Position numbers and translations under genes: made by a program. The notes below the pieces were generated by a model, which was not told the origin of the DNA, searched no databases, and saw nothing but the letters and a program-made list of their open reading frames with translations. This document shows positions 25,301-37,052 of a DNA stretch of 64,000 nucleotides, piece by piece (position 1 is the first letter of the stretch; each line of letters begins with the position of its first letter). The stretch covers positions 21,625-85,624 of the forward strand of contig JAHLWZ010000605.1 in assembly GCA_020536535.1 (NCBI GenBank), in the 5' to 3' direction. Source of the stretch: Pelomyxa schiedti (Eukaryota; Protista; Evosea).

Positions 25301-26933
25301 GCAAGTGATTTCCCAAAAGAGTGTCATTAAGGAAATGTACCATAGCCACACAATCACTGAAAAATATTATGGGTGAATAAAACAAGAAAAAGAATACTTG
25401 AGATTCACATCCGCAGCTTTATTAAGTTCAGCAAGTTCAGCTTGGTCTTCTTCGTGGTCAGCAATAAATGCTTCAACCTGAGCTTTTAATTCAGGGCTCG
25501 TTTCCCGATTCTCTCTAACAGCCTGTTGAATAATTAACTTATGAAAGCAAAAGTGTTTTAAGAATACCTCAAAAATACTAAGCACACCAAGACGCAGGAA
25601 GTCATTTCTGATCTCAACTCTCTCATCCACATCTTGAGTTGAACTAATCAACGAATTCACCAATGTAAGAGCAGTGACCTCTCAAAAGATGAGTTAAGAG
25701 AAATAGTAAAGTGCAGCAGTACTTTGACAGACAAGTCGGGATCATGTCTGATACAATCCACAAGAAGGGTGAATCGTATGCGCTCTCTCATAGTATACTT
25801 GTAATTAGAAAATGATTCTAGAACAAGTTTTGGCCCCTGAAAGTAACCATTACAAAAAAGTTCACAAACACCCTCCCATACTAGATCGTGGAACATGGTC
25901 ATTAATGAAAGAATTTCAAAAAGTAGTTTTTTCGTGGCAGAGTCTGAGTCGACAAGGCAAAGTGCGAGATGGTTAACAGAATCTTTTGTACTTGCCATTT
26001 CATCTCTCCCTGAAAATGAAGGTAGACTGACGAAAAGAAATAAATGAAATTACCTTCTGGGGTTGCTAAAAGCATTTTTAAGCACTGCACACACTCAAGC
26101 CTGAACTCAAGAAATTCTCCTCTTGGTCTCTCTCTGTGCTTTTCATGCTCGTGGAATAAGAGATTGAGCAAAACTGGCATGCCTTTCAGTTCTCGAAACG
26201 ACAGAGCCCACTCGGCAGGTTGGGTGTGAAGACAGGCTCCTATTGTTGTGAGAAAAAAAAAATGTAAGCTCTTAGGTCCACACTTAGGTCCGTGACGACG
26301 AGAACGGTTGGCTCTGCCTGTAATTTGATAATGAAATATCTTGGTGTAAGACGCTCAGATATGCCCGTGAACATGGTGTCAACATTTTCTCTATGCATTT
26401 GAATGAAGTGCCATTTAGATTCCCGGGCCATGGACTTGCTCATGTCATCAATTTGAGCTTTATCAAAGCCCAATTCTTCAAGTAAATTCGTGAACAAGAA
26501 TTGCAATTCCTTGTCATCAGGAATTCCGTTCTCCTCATTCATATCAGAGGTTGTGGAGGCAGCTCGAGATCTCATCTTTTTCCTCTCTTCCTCTCTTTCT
26601 TTCTGCAGCTGTTTAGCCAATTTCTTTTCTCTCTCGACAGCCTTCTCCAGCTAAAAGAAATGTCAAGGGGGAGTTGGAAGGTTTTTTTGTTGTTGTTGTT
26701 TTAATTTAACGAGTAAACCCTACCTCCTGCCTTTCCCTCAGCCTCACTTTTTCCCTCCGTTTTTCGTCTTCTTTGGCCATTTGTTCTTGCTTCTTTCTGG
26801 CCTTGTCAGTTAAAGGTGACCCCAATGCTGACGAAGTCAATGATGACGAGGAAGAAGACGAAGACGAAGAAAGTGGTGCGCCACTGGCAGCGGGTGACGT
26901 CACTGAAGTACTCGAAGTCGTCAGTTTGGACAT
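22329..26933 (-). CDS. Diaphanous-related formin (GBD/FH3, FH1, FH2, DAD)
   Basis: GBD-like ELQFLFTNLLEELGF...SKWHFI; FH3 CMVNSLISSTQDVDERVEIRNDFLRLG-like segment; FH1 polyproline runs at 24380-24640; FH2 fragments (AIKNAILACN..L, LGLFMSAIAELIVF); DAD-like MQEMMEQLSSGNTFR. The exact stop is uncertain (22329, or further toward 21874). Confidence 0.9.
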
Positions 26934-27215
26934 TTTGTTGTCTTTTGTCGCTAATACGGCAGCGCTACGTCGTTACGTCGGTTCGCGTACGGGTAGTTAT
27001 TTTTTTTTATTTTCTAAAGAGTCAAAAATTTGTCGTTTGATGTTGGGTTGTCACTAATTTGCGCTTTAGTATCGGATACCCAAAGCAGGCAACAACAATT
27101 TGTTGTTGTAGATTGATGGGCTCTCAGTAAGGAACAACAAGCCTCAACAATAAAAAACCCCACAGTTTTCACAGTAAAAATTACAACTTTGGTTCTCAGC
27201 AGCTCACCACACCCC

Positions 27216-30200
27216 TCATTCAGAAGTGTTTTTGCTCTTGTGCTTGTGATGGCTTTCTTCTTTGGGATTGTGTCTCTCCTTGGTAATAAGTGTTAGTGTA
27301 TCTAGAGTAGTTAAGTTGGCTTACAAGGGCTTCATGGAGTGCTTGGACAGCGGACTTGTAGTAAGAGTCAGGGATGGGTATCGTGTCAATTTCGCCTTCA
27401 CTACTGGCTGAAAGATCCTCATACAATCTGGGAGAGCTCTTAGAACTAGGGGAAAAAGCGTGGTGACCAACTTGTGCATCTTCGGAGTGTTGTCTTGTAG
27501 CCAGTCATTGAACTTCGTCATGAAAGCCTCTTTATTAGAAAAATCTACACCATTGGCCAGATTCTGCAGCATCTTCGTTATAATTACGAGTTCTCGTCGA
27601 ATCGAGTCAGGTGGTGGTGTGGGAAGTAGTCCATAACTGGCATTGCTTAGTTGGTTCAGATGTTTTATAATTCGTTAGTACCTTTCCGGTACTGCAATGG
27701 CAGTATTGATAAACCGCAGAACAAAGAATGCCCCAAGTGAAGGTCTCACATATTTTGGAGCCTTATGCTCCACCTGTAGAATGAGCTAAGCACGACCACA
27801 TTTGAGAGGGTTGACATACTTCGATTTTAATGTGGTGACATATCTTCCGTAGAGATACAGGTAATTTGCCAATAGACCGCGTTATTTGAAGGAAGAATTT
27901 GGTGGCTATAAGTCGCACGCCTATGGCGTTCAGATCCTCGTCCACCATGTCATTCATTTGACTTGGATTTACCTTAACACAGTTCAGCGTAAAAGACGGT
28001 GGTGTATGAAAACCTCATAGTTTGTAGTGACCAGAGACACAGAGCCTTCGTGGCTTTCCTAATTGTTCATTAACGAAACCCAGTAAGGAGAGACAAAAAA
28101 CTGTTTGATCAGCTGCTTCTTGTAGAATATTTTCAAATAAAACGGATAGGGTCTGGAATAAATATTGCAGTCCCACAATTTTGGAGTAGAACTAACTACA
28201 TTAAAATATGATAAGTTCAATACCAGTCTCTACCTTGAAACATTTTGTTGAGGCACTATTTGAACGGAACATTACTTCAGGATCTCTGGCATCTCCCACT
28301 TCTTTGGATATCAAGTGCATAATCTGTCCTTGTGAGCACCAGGTACTAAAATACAAAATGTCTCTACCAGTGCAGCTCCTTGTTTGTGTTGCTCAAAGAA
28401 GTACACAAGAGCTTTGCAGAGATTCTCCGATTCAGTTATGTCCATTGACTTCACGAGGTGATCAACAGTAGTCCAGTCGCTATTTCGGAAGTCTTGCACC
28501 TGATCACTAAATTAGAAGTACAAAGGTCAAATAAAATTCACCAATAAGTCTTCTATCTGGGTTTTATCAACCTCGGAAAGAGGTAACCCAATGGTACTTA
28601 CATCAGAAAATCTGTGGAACAACGATGAAGATTGGTTAAGTGGGTTTTCAGGCTTACTGGTGTTTGACCAGTTCAGAAAAATGTAACTGGAGTCTCTTTG
28701 TTCTGCGGTGCCGAACAATTGCAAGTACAATAAAAGCAAAGAAGATAGCTCCAACGAAAGGGATCACAAGTAATGCGAGAAGAGTGTAGCTCTTTTTTGA
28801 GTCTCCTACGGCGGTATCAGAAACTACTCTGATGCTTCAAGCGTGGTGGTACCTGTATCATCTGGTGTCTCACAAAAAGCTCCATGCCACTTCGCCCAAC
28901 AGTTACAGTAAGTTCCAGTGGTATTTGAAGTGCAACTGCCGTGTCCGCATTTCACAAGGTAGCAGGGACTAAAGGAAGGGATGAGTTTGGTAACATTTAT
29001 GAAAGCAAACTCATGTGCTGTCTTGAAGAAGGATACTGTACTATAGACGGTTTCCCAGCCATTTGTAATTCCCAAAAACCAGGAGTAATTGGTGTCAGAC
29101 TGGAGACGTATTTTCTGTGATGTGGACTGGCTGGTGATAGTAATATTTTCAGCAACACTCCATGAACTATTGGTCGTTGTATTGACGTTCTGGCTTTCTT
29201 TTTTCCCGCTTATTTTTTACTTGAAAAAGAGGAAGAATGTACCAGCAAGTAAAATCAGTTGGAATTGATTGTCATATGTCTTACTTGGGCACACATGACC
29301 CCAAGTAGTAACATTTCCCCATTGAAACAATACATCTTCACTGTATGTTACATTTGCAAGATCAACAGGAAATAGCAGCAAGGGTGCTTCTGGAGACCAG
29401 TCATAACAGCATAAAAATCGCAAATAATCTGTTGTGGATTGCACTTGATCCTATATTGAATGAGTGCAAGGAGCCAATAAAAGAAAGAAACCTTGTTTGT
29501 TACTCGAACACGCCAATAGTACCTAATAATAAGAAAATGCAGTGAATAAAATAAATATCGAAGCTGGGATATCGGGTACACACGTTTGATCTAACACCCA
29601 ATTGGTGGTGTTGAAAGTCAGAGTGGACGGTTCTGCAGAAGATTGCTCAATCACATCAGCTGGACTGGAGGGCCAGTCGTTGGTTTTCGTGCTCAAAAAT
29701 AATGAATACTTTCTGGCGCTTGAACTCTTGCATTCTGTTCCCCAGTCATCGAGGGAAGAAATTTGAATCTGGTCCTCTGGGCGGACTATCATTCCTTCAA
29801 TGGGATTTTTCTGGGCTGGATATCCAGGTTTGGATGGTATGCAAACTTGAAGGTGTATTAAGTAAGACTTAAGAATAAATCGTGCAAAACATACTGGTAA
29901 AGTTGAAATGCTGGGGTTCATCCGACTGAAGGTCCCCGTTGGATGAAATTACCCACCACTCATAGAATCCCTCTTCAAGAGAAAGGACAAGCTGGATAGA
30001 CGCCGTAGTGGCTGAAATAGAGAAGGTGGTACCCTTCTTAAGAAGCCGTAATGTGGAATCGTTCTTCTGTGTAGAGAAGCAACTATGGCCATAATCTGAT
30101 ATGGTCCAATTAAACACCACAGACAGTTGATCCAGTGTCGAAGCTGGCTTCGGGAATTCAAGTACAGGTATAGATGGGGATCTCATTTGGCATAAATAAA

Positions 30201-33200
30201 AGCTGCGTGCTTCAGAAAACACCTATTCAATATTGGATGTGGAAAAACCAATCACAGTTTTACGATAGATTCAGTGTTGTTCACAGAAACCTGCCAGGTC
30301 CAATTCCCAGGATAAAGTGGAAATTCAACAAGGTAACTTTGTTCATTGATTAGAGTGTTCACGAATTGAAAAGTAGTGCAACCTTGTAGTTGTAGTTGCA
30401 GTTGCAACAGAGAAGTGTGTGGTACTGTTGAAGATATACAGTATGGAAATGCAGGGCTTTACATAAGGACAACTTGTTCCACAATCTGGAGCACTCCACT
30501 TTAGGGAAAGAGCTTTATCGAAGTCACGGAGTTCATTTGCCTGCGGTTCCTGAAGAACGGGGGCTACAGGCCCCTTTCTGACACACACACTAAAAGAGCT
30601 CAGCGCGAGTGGTGTGAAGGATGCACCATTGAAATAACGTAGATGCCACTGGTAAGTAGCAACAATGGCGGGGAAAGAAGACGCTGGAACGTATGAAGAA
30701 ATAGTGGTATTATAAATCACGTCATCTATGTAGGCAAGCCCAGTGCTGTCAAACACAGTAAAGTCAATGTACGAAGGGTACACTGAATTACAGTTATCCC
30801 CTAAAGGAGGGGCAACCCATGCGAAGGATACTTCGTCATTGGTTACAACAGCTCCAATAGAAGGGACTGTGAGTGTCGGTGCAACAATCAAAGTGTCTGG
30901 AACACAATAGGTGAATGTGCTCGAGGTAACTCCAGAACATTTACTTAGAGTGCACGCTGAAACGGATACAGAGTTCGCCACCCCATCCACTACAAAGGCA
31001 TCAAAATATGACTGAGTTACTGGGAAACTATAAGGTTGACTATTGAAAACCACTGAGTATGTCTGAGTTTGATCACAGGTTGTTCTCCAAGATGAAGGTT
31101 GCTGCCATCTAACAGTTACAGTGGATGACCCTGTGACTTGTCCACTGGGAGTAACATTTTGTGGTGGATAAGGTGTCTCTACTAAGCAAATGAAGAACGA
31201 TCTTTCTGATGATGTAGAGAGTAAGGCTCCATTCCATGCCGAGACACGCCACCACCACCATCCTGGAGAGAAGTCATCTGTCAAAGATTTAGATGACGTA
31301 ACAGTTTGATTCCAGGGAGCAGTTGTGCTGTTCCGTACTTCGACGATGAATAGTCTCAAGGTAGTGCCATTACAAACTTTACCAAAGGACTTGTATGTTT
31401 TCCCCCACTCCAATGTGACAGTTGTAGAAAGGAATGTACTATTCGTGACAGGTGAAGAGAGGAGTGGTGTGTCTGGGTACGTATTGTTGCATGTTACTGG
31501 AACGGAGACAGTCGAATTCGTCGAAACGGTTTTATTTACAGTCACTGTCTGATTCACTATCACAGTGGTATTCATAGCTACTGTGGTGTTGACAGCAACT
31601 GTAGTGTTTACCAATTTGGTGGTATTTACTAACTTCGTGCTATTCACAGTGATAGTGACATTTACTGTACAATTTGCAAACATAGTTTCACCTGCTGTAC
31701 ATGAAACATAAGTAAAAGTTCCCCCAGAGCAAGCTACCGCTGTTGTGCCATTTGTTGTACAATTCACAGTTTTCGTCTCATTTACAACAGATACGGTTTT
31801 TTCTTCAGATATTGTTACATTTTCTGCAACAGTTGTGTTGATTGCCACAGTTGAATTAATAGTAATCGTGGTGTTCATAATGACAGTAGTATTGACGGGA
31901 ATAGTAGTGTTGACTGAGACTGTACTGTTCACAGGCACCACAGTTGAACTCTGTGGATGGTATTCTATACTGCCAATCCCAACACTGCCATGGTGGCCAT
32001 TACTGGCGACCACATACCACCAGGCTACACCTTCATGTAAGTAAACTGTAAGATTTCCTGATGTATTGGCTTCTCGTATAAGGATCGTTTCATTGAATAC
32101 AACAGTAATATTGCATTTCGGTGAGTCAAGGCATGATTGGCCACATGATGGAATATCCCAGGATATTGTAATGTTGCTTTGCTCTGTGACATACGGAGAC
32201 CCATTCGGAGTAAGTACTGGCTCATCTGGTGGAACCAATATGCACATTTGAACACTTTGGACGGGAGAAACAGGATTTAGCATTCCATTGTGAACCCCCA
32301 AGGCCCAATATAAAAACGAAGCTGTTTTATCCACTTCCGTAGGCATGAATTCTGTTGAATTCAGATCCAAAATGGAGTGCCAATATCGAGAGTCATTGTA
32401 CGAGGAAATATCATGTGAATACCAAAGCAATAAAGCGGGCTGATCGTATTCACAGTTAAACCCATATGATACACTATCCCAGGCAAGAGAAGTCACATCA
32501 ACAATAAACTTCTCAGATGTAAGCGGGGATAGCAGGACTGGATCAATCTCAGGGTATGACGTGCATAGTCGAAAAGTATTTAGACTCGTGTTCGTCTGCT
32601 TCGCTGTATTGTCTGCTGTCACATACCACATGTGTAACCCAACAGCCACAACAGTATTTATGGATTGACCATGGGTCGTCCCGATTTGTGAACCATCAAG
32701 ATAGACAGTATAAATGCCCTCTATTTTTAGAAGGTGAATTGACCGTATTTAAATATAATCGTGTAACCTGTGCCTGGGCAACTGGTACCCATATTGCTAG
32801 TGGGGTACCATGATAAAGATATATTCAGAAAAGAAGTGTTCAGTAAAGGGAACAAGGCTCCATTCAAAGGATATTCCAATGAAAATGGCCAAGGTGAAGT
32901 TGGTGTGCAATAGGTGAAGGTCCAAGTGTCAGATTGCGACGTGTAAATAGTATTACTGGCTACTACATACCAGTTGTATCCACCGTCCCCCAATGCAGTA
33001 TTGTGGAGATACGTGGGCACGGTAAGATTGGAAGCAATTCTACTTGGAGAATTGTTCGTCTGACCAAGAAATACATCGAACCAGTTGTCAGCAGGATAAA
33101 AGAGATTGAATCCTTGTGGTAGTTAATGCGCGAATAGTTGCCTAATACATAAAAGTCTACCTGTTTGCTTGCAGATGAACCAATGTGTAGATGTGCAAAC

Positions 33201-35157
33201 GTCAGCCAACCAGCCAGAGGCTGAAGCATATACACAATCCTTGGTTGGCGCATTTGAAGTCACTCCACCAGAGGGAACATAGCTCAGCTTTGAGCCATCT
33301 AGCCATTCAAAGGTTTCTTCTACTCTATTTTCTGAGTGAGACGATGGAATATAAATGCGGAGTTACCTAGAGTCCGAAAGGCCTATCCAAAAAGAATTTC
33401 CGTTCAGCAGGCTTGATAAGTATGTGTATTCCTCATTGGATAGAACGGATGCAAGGGAGACGTCCACTCCGGAGGACTGACAAGTCTTTAGAGCGGAGTC
33501 GAAGTCTTTTCCAGTCTGCACAAATTTATAGCAAGCAACAGGATTGGAGCTATCTGTTGGCCAAAAGATATCAAATCCAGCTGAGCAGCTGTGGCCTTGA
33601 AATTTGATGGTTATTTGATCAATGTATGAAAGTCTTGCTTACCCTTATAGAATCCCCATTGCAGGAGAGGAGGGTTCAGTGGCCTGTAGGCCCCATTACT
33701 TGGGGAGTAAGGAATGGGAGTCAATGGATATTTGGCGGATGTAACACGAAAGGAACTCTTAGTGGAGGTATTTGTGGCCTGCAACGAACCAACTTTGAGC
33801 ACTGCGGTAACGTTCTTTTTTTTTTCCCCCGTTGTTAACTGAGTAAATAAGATTTTAAGAAGAAACCCATGTGCAAGAACTATCGGAAGACAGGGAAATT
33901 TGTAGGCTGGTCGAGTTCAGATCACGTTCTATTCGGGAGAGTGTACTGTCTCCAACACAATTATACCAAACATCATATGTTATCTTGGCGCCAGTGCAGA
34001 CAGTCCCAGTAATCACAGTAGACCAAGTCAACGTAACGGATCGAGACTGTGAGAGTTAGAAAATTCGCTAACTAACTAAAGGCACTCACATAGCCTATCG
34101 AATCTGATTTGGGAGAAGTAAGAAGAGGTGTGGCTGGAGGTCTGAGGACACAAAAACTCTGTAATGGTTCTACAGCAGATATTTTTTTTTCTGAGCAGCG
34201 ATAGTTCACATAAATTGAGGCCCAGTCCAAGCGCCAACAGATTCCACTAGCAGTAAGAGGAAGCTCATATGAGCAACTAGTTAGATTCTTATTGCTTCCG
34301 CAGGCACTTTCCAGTCTTGATGTGAGATCACCGCAGTACTCTTAGGAAGTGTTAGTGTCGGATGTAGTTGTCAAAGGTATTCGTACTCGAATCCCCGGAT
34401 GGATTGGAGTAGCATGATCTCGATGAGTCCTTCCAACCAAATGCCTTTTCTACATGTACAATGTGGAGAGGAGTAGGACAAGAGATAGTTATCCAGCGCC
34501 TCCAGTCGTACCAGTATATTCCCGGATTGCTGCAGATAAACCTTAATCATGTGAGATCAAATGCATAGCTGCAAAACAAAGATACCCCAACTGCGGCAAA
34601 GGCGCTGCTCTCCAGTAGTACTGTCCAGGTTGGAAGGCCACACCTAGAATTAAAAGAATGTGAGGAAGACTGATCCAAAGATTATTTCGTGGGTAAAACA
34701 TTTCAAACACCACAATGAAAGAAACAGTAAGAGACACAAACATCGTAACAGTACTTATAACTCTGTCGTTGGTATTTATTGATGATGTTCTCCTGGTTCC
34801 CAGCACGGTAGTGAGCGGCGAGGCAGTTCCCCATTCAATAGCGAACTGCGCCAAGTCACCCAACGTGGAAGTACTCGGCTGGCAGTAAGTCGTAAAACCC
34901 GCATATGACACCTTAAATTGCACAGTAGCGCTGGCCTCCGCCGGTCCCAAAATCCATCCACTGGCAGAGGTAACCGAAGCGCTCTGTGTATAACCAGGGC
35001 ACGTACTGCAGTCAGTGCTACAAGACGAACTCTGAGATCTGCATGGCAAGGCAGCATACAAAACAACCAAAATTGCGGCCACAAACAGAGATCTCGCAAC
35101 CACGACAGGTTTCATCTCCTTCATACACCGGTGTGGTGCACCATGCACGCGTTGCAT
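27216..35157 (-). CDS. Receptor-type RasGAP: signal peptide, ten or more Cys-bracketed FN3-like repeats, EGF-like domain, one TM helix, cytosolic RasGAP domain
   Basis: Signal peptide MKPVVVARSLFVAAILVVLYAALPCRS. Repeats P-x-L-x-S-P..W..GxxC..WxVxAxNG..FxxC. EGF CYLVKCGHGSCTSNTTGTYCNCWAKWHGAFC. An in-frame 47-nt intron (28852-28806) leads to TM YTLLALLVIPFVGAIFFAFIVLAIV-RHRRTKR. Further in-frame GT-AG junctions reach RasGAP motifs MFRSNSASTK, VGLQYL, FFVLRFINTAIAVP and LVIITKMLQNLAN. Not every ectodomain junction was checked. Confidence 0.8.
31480..31935 (-). repeat. Hexapeptide N-x-T repeat insert (18-nt period) in the receptor ectodomain
   Basis: VNSTVS VNTTIP VNTTVI MNTTIT INSTVA INTTVA ENVTIS ... 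NSTKLV NTTKLV NTTVAV NTTVAM NTTVIV NQTVTV NKTVST NSTVSV; 21 N-x-S/T sequons counted in about 150 aa. Confidence 0.9.
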
Positions 35158-35555
35158 GATAGTAGTGGTGGCGGTGGGTGTGGTGCGAGGGTTTTCGCTT
35201 TCTTTATGGTGTTTTTTCTTTTGTTTCGTTTCCGGCCACTTTGTTGACATCCCCAAGACAAGACCGGAAAAGTCATAATCTTGTGTTTTACCGGTCGACA
35301 AATACGACGAATCCACTGCAACGTCGTGTACTTGCGGTTTTTAAATGGGTCCCGACTGTCTTTCGCGTTAATGATGAAACATTGAGATCTGACACACTTT
35401 CTGTTTAAAGGTTGTCACGAACCCCGGGGTTTTCGTTGGCTGTTTATGGAGAGAATTCCCCGTAGAGCTCTGAAGTTACATTGGAAAAAAGAGATGCCTT
35501 TTTTTCAACTGAGGGTGAAGTTGTCATTTTGCGAAATGATTATCACTTGATACAT

Positions 35556-36893
35556 TTAATTGGACGATGGTACCAGCGAAGGTTGGGCTGTTGGATACAC
35601 TCCAGACAAATTGTACATTGCACAAACTCTAGAGTGGATTAAAAGGTGAGTTGGGCTCACAGGTTGTAGGAAATATACGGTGCAAGTTGGGATGCAAAAG
35701 AGACCAGGAACTCAGAAGCAAGTTGTCTTGTGTCAACGGTGGCAAGCAAACTGAGTTCAACAAAATAGCCATCAAAAATAGGCTCACCGTTCTGTGGGAT
35801 TGTAGTTGGTGTCAGGGCCAGGGCAGAAGGAATCATACAATTCTCTTTATTTCAGAGACAGTGACGGTCATTCCAGTTGGGTGATAAAACTTTGTCCCTG
35901 CACGGATGAATTGCCAAGTTAATTGCATCCCCATCAGCTTCAGAAATTCGTCTACATTGGGACTTGCCTCAGTCTAGTTCATAATTAATGTGAACTACTA
36001 TAAAAATGACGTTTCTCGGTAATATCATAAAATTTAAAGAGCACCACAATCTAACCATGACGACGTTTCTTATGACAACTTTGGGGTCTCTATCAGTTAA
36101 TATGGTTCCAACGTACTTCAGGTGCCTTAAACATTGTAAAATTCCCGTAACGGAGAAAAATATCTCACCAGCAATCAGGAGTCGGAGTTATAGTGTGCAC
36201 AGTGTGAAGCTCTGTTTGGACTGAACAAAGTGAGCCGTCAAGAAACCACGGCGGGGGGAAATCACACCTATCTTGTTCTTTAACTGCTCCAGGTAATAAT
36301 TCAAGTTGTTAATCACCGGATTTGAGAGTCCCTTGTTGACAAAGTCCTCCCGCTTCAACTTATCCAGCTGGGCGCCAGTCACATTTTTCAGTACAGCAGC
36401 CTCAGGGCTCACAGATATAGCCCACTTTTCAACCTGCTCTGCCGTCCAGCTCCTGTAATCTAGCATCCCATAATCGCACCACTTTCTCCAACAAATAAAC
36501 TACACACTAGCGTCCCCAGCCACCAAAGCCGAAGCGCCAGTCAACAAACAAGCAAGAAAGCAAGCACGCACAACAACAACAACAACTGGTTGGACGGGCC
36601 GACCAACCTTTTGGCTCGTACACAGACTCCGTCAGCTCGAACCTCTCTTCCTCCGAGTCGCACAGGCACCTGAGCCTCGCAACCAGCGCCGCCACGTTGG
36701 GCCTCTCCACCGCCCCGTGGTAGCTGCACGACATGGCCCCCGCGCTGCCCCCCGCCCCCGCGCCGCCGCCGCCTCCGCCAGCTCCCCCGCCGCCCCCGCC
36801 GGGCCCCCCCAGCTCCCCGCTGCTCCGCGTGCCCGTGACTCCTCCCCCGCCACCCGTCCCGCCCCGCGGCGGTATCCCCGTCACGCTGCGCAT
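35556..36893 (-). CDS. MED18: Mediator subunit Med18 with an internal SAM domain
   Basis: Spliced product CSYHGAVERPNVAALVARLRCLCDSEEERFELTESVYEPK-[SAM]-VQTELHTVHTITPTPDCWHLKYVG...VIRNVVMTEASPNVDEFLKLMG..F..GTKF...YFVELS...FASQLAPV. It aligns along its length with human MED18 (LLQGSV..LIHRLRGLCD..WHLRYLG..VRNCV..NLTDFLMEMG..YLVELS..FAEQLKPL). Confidence 0.9.
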
Positions 36894-37052
36894 TGGCGGT
36901 AATTGTCGACCTTGAGATGACAAAGGAAATAAATGAACTCCGAGTTGGTGCCGGAAAAGTGTTGCAAGACAAGCAAGGGGGACAAAGGAGTTTTCTCTTG
37001 TGCGTTGGTTTGTGAATGCCGGAGTGATTTCTGGCTGCCAGGTAATGTCATG

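Noticed and set aside
34381-34400. CTCGAATCCCC resembling a tRNA T-loop
   Set aside because: No cloverleaf; it lies at an exon/intron boundary of the receptor gene.
35370-35395. ATGATGA...CTGA resembling C/D snoRNA boxes
   Set aside because: The boxes are only about 10 nt apart, with no terminal stem or guide.
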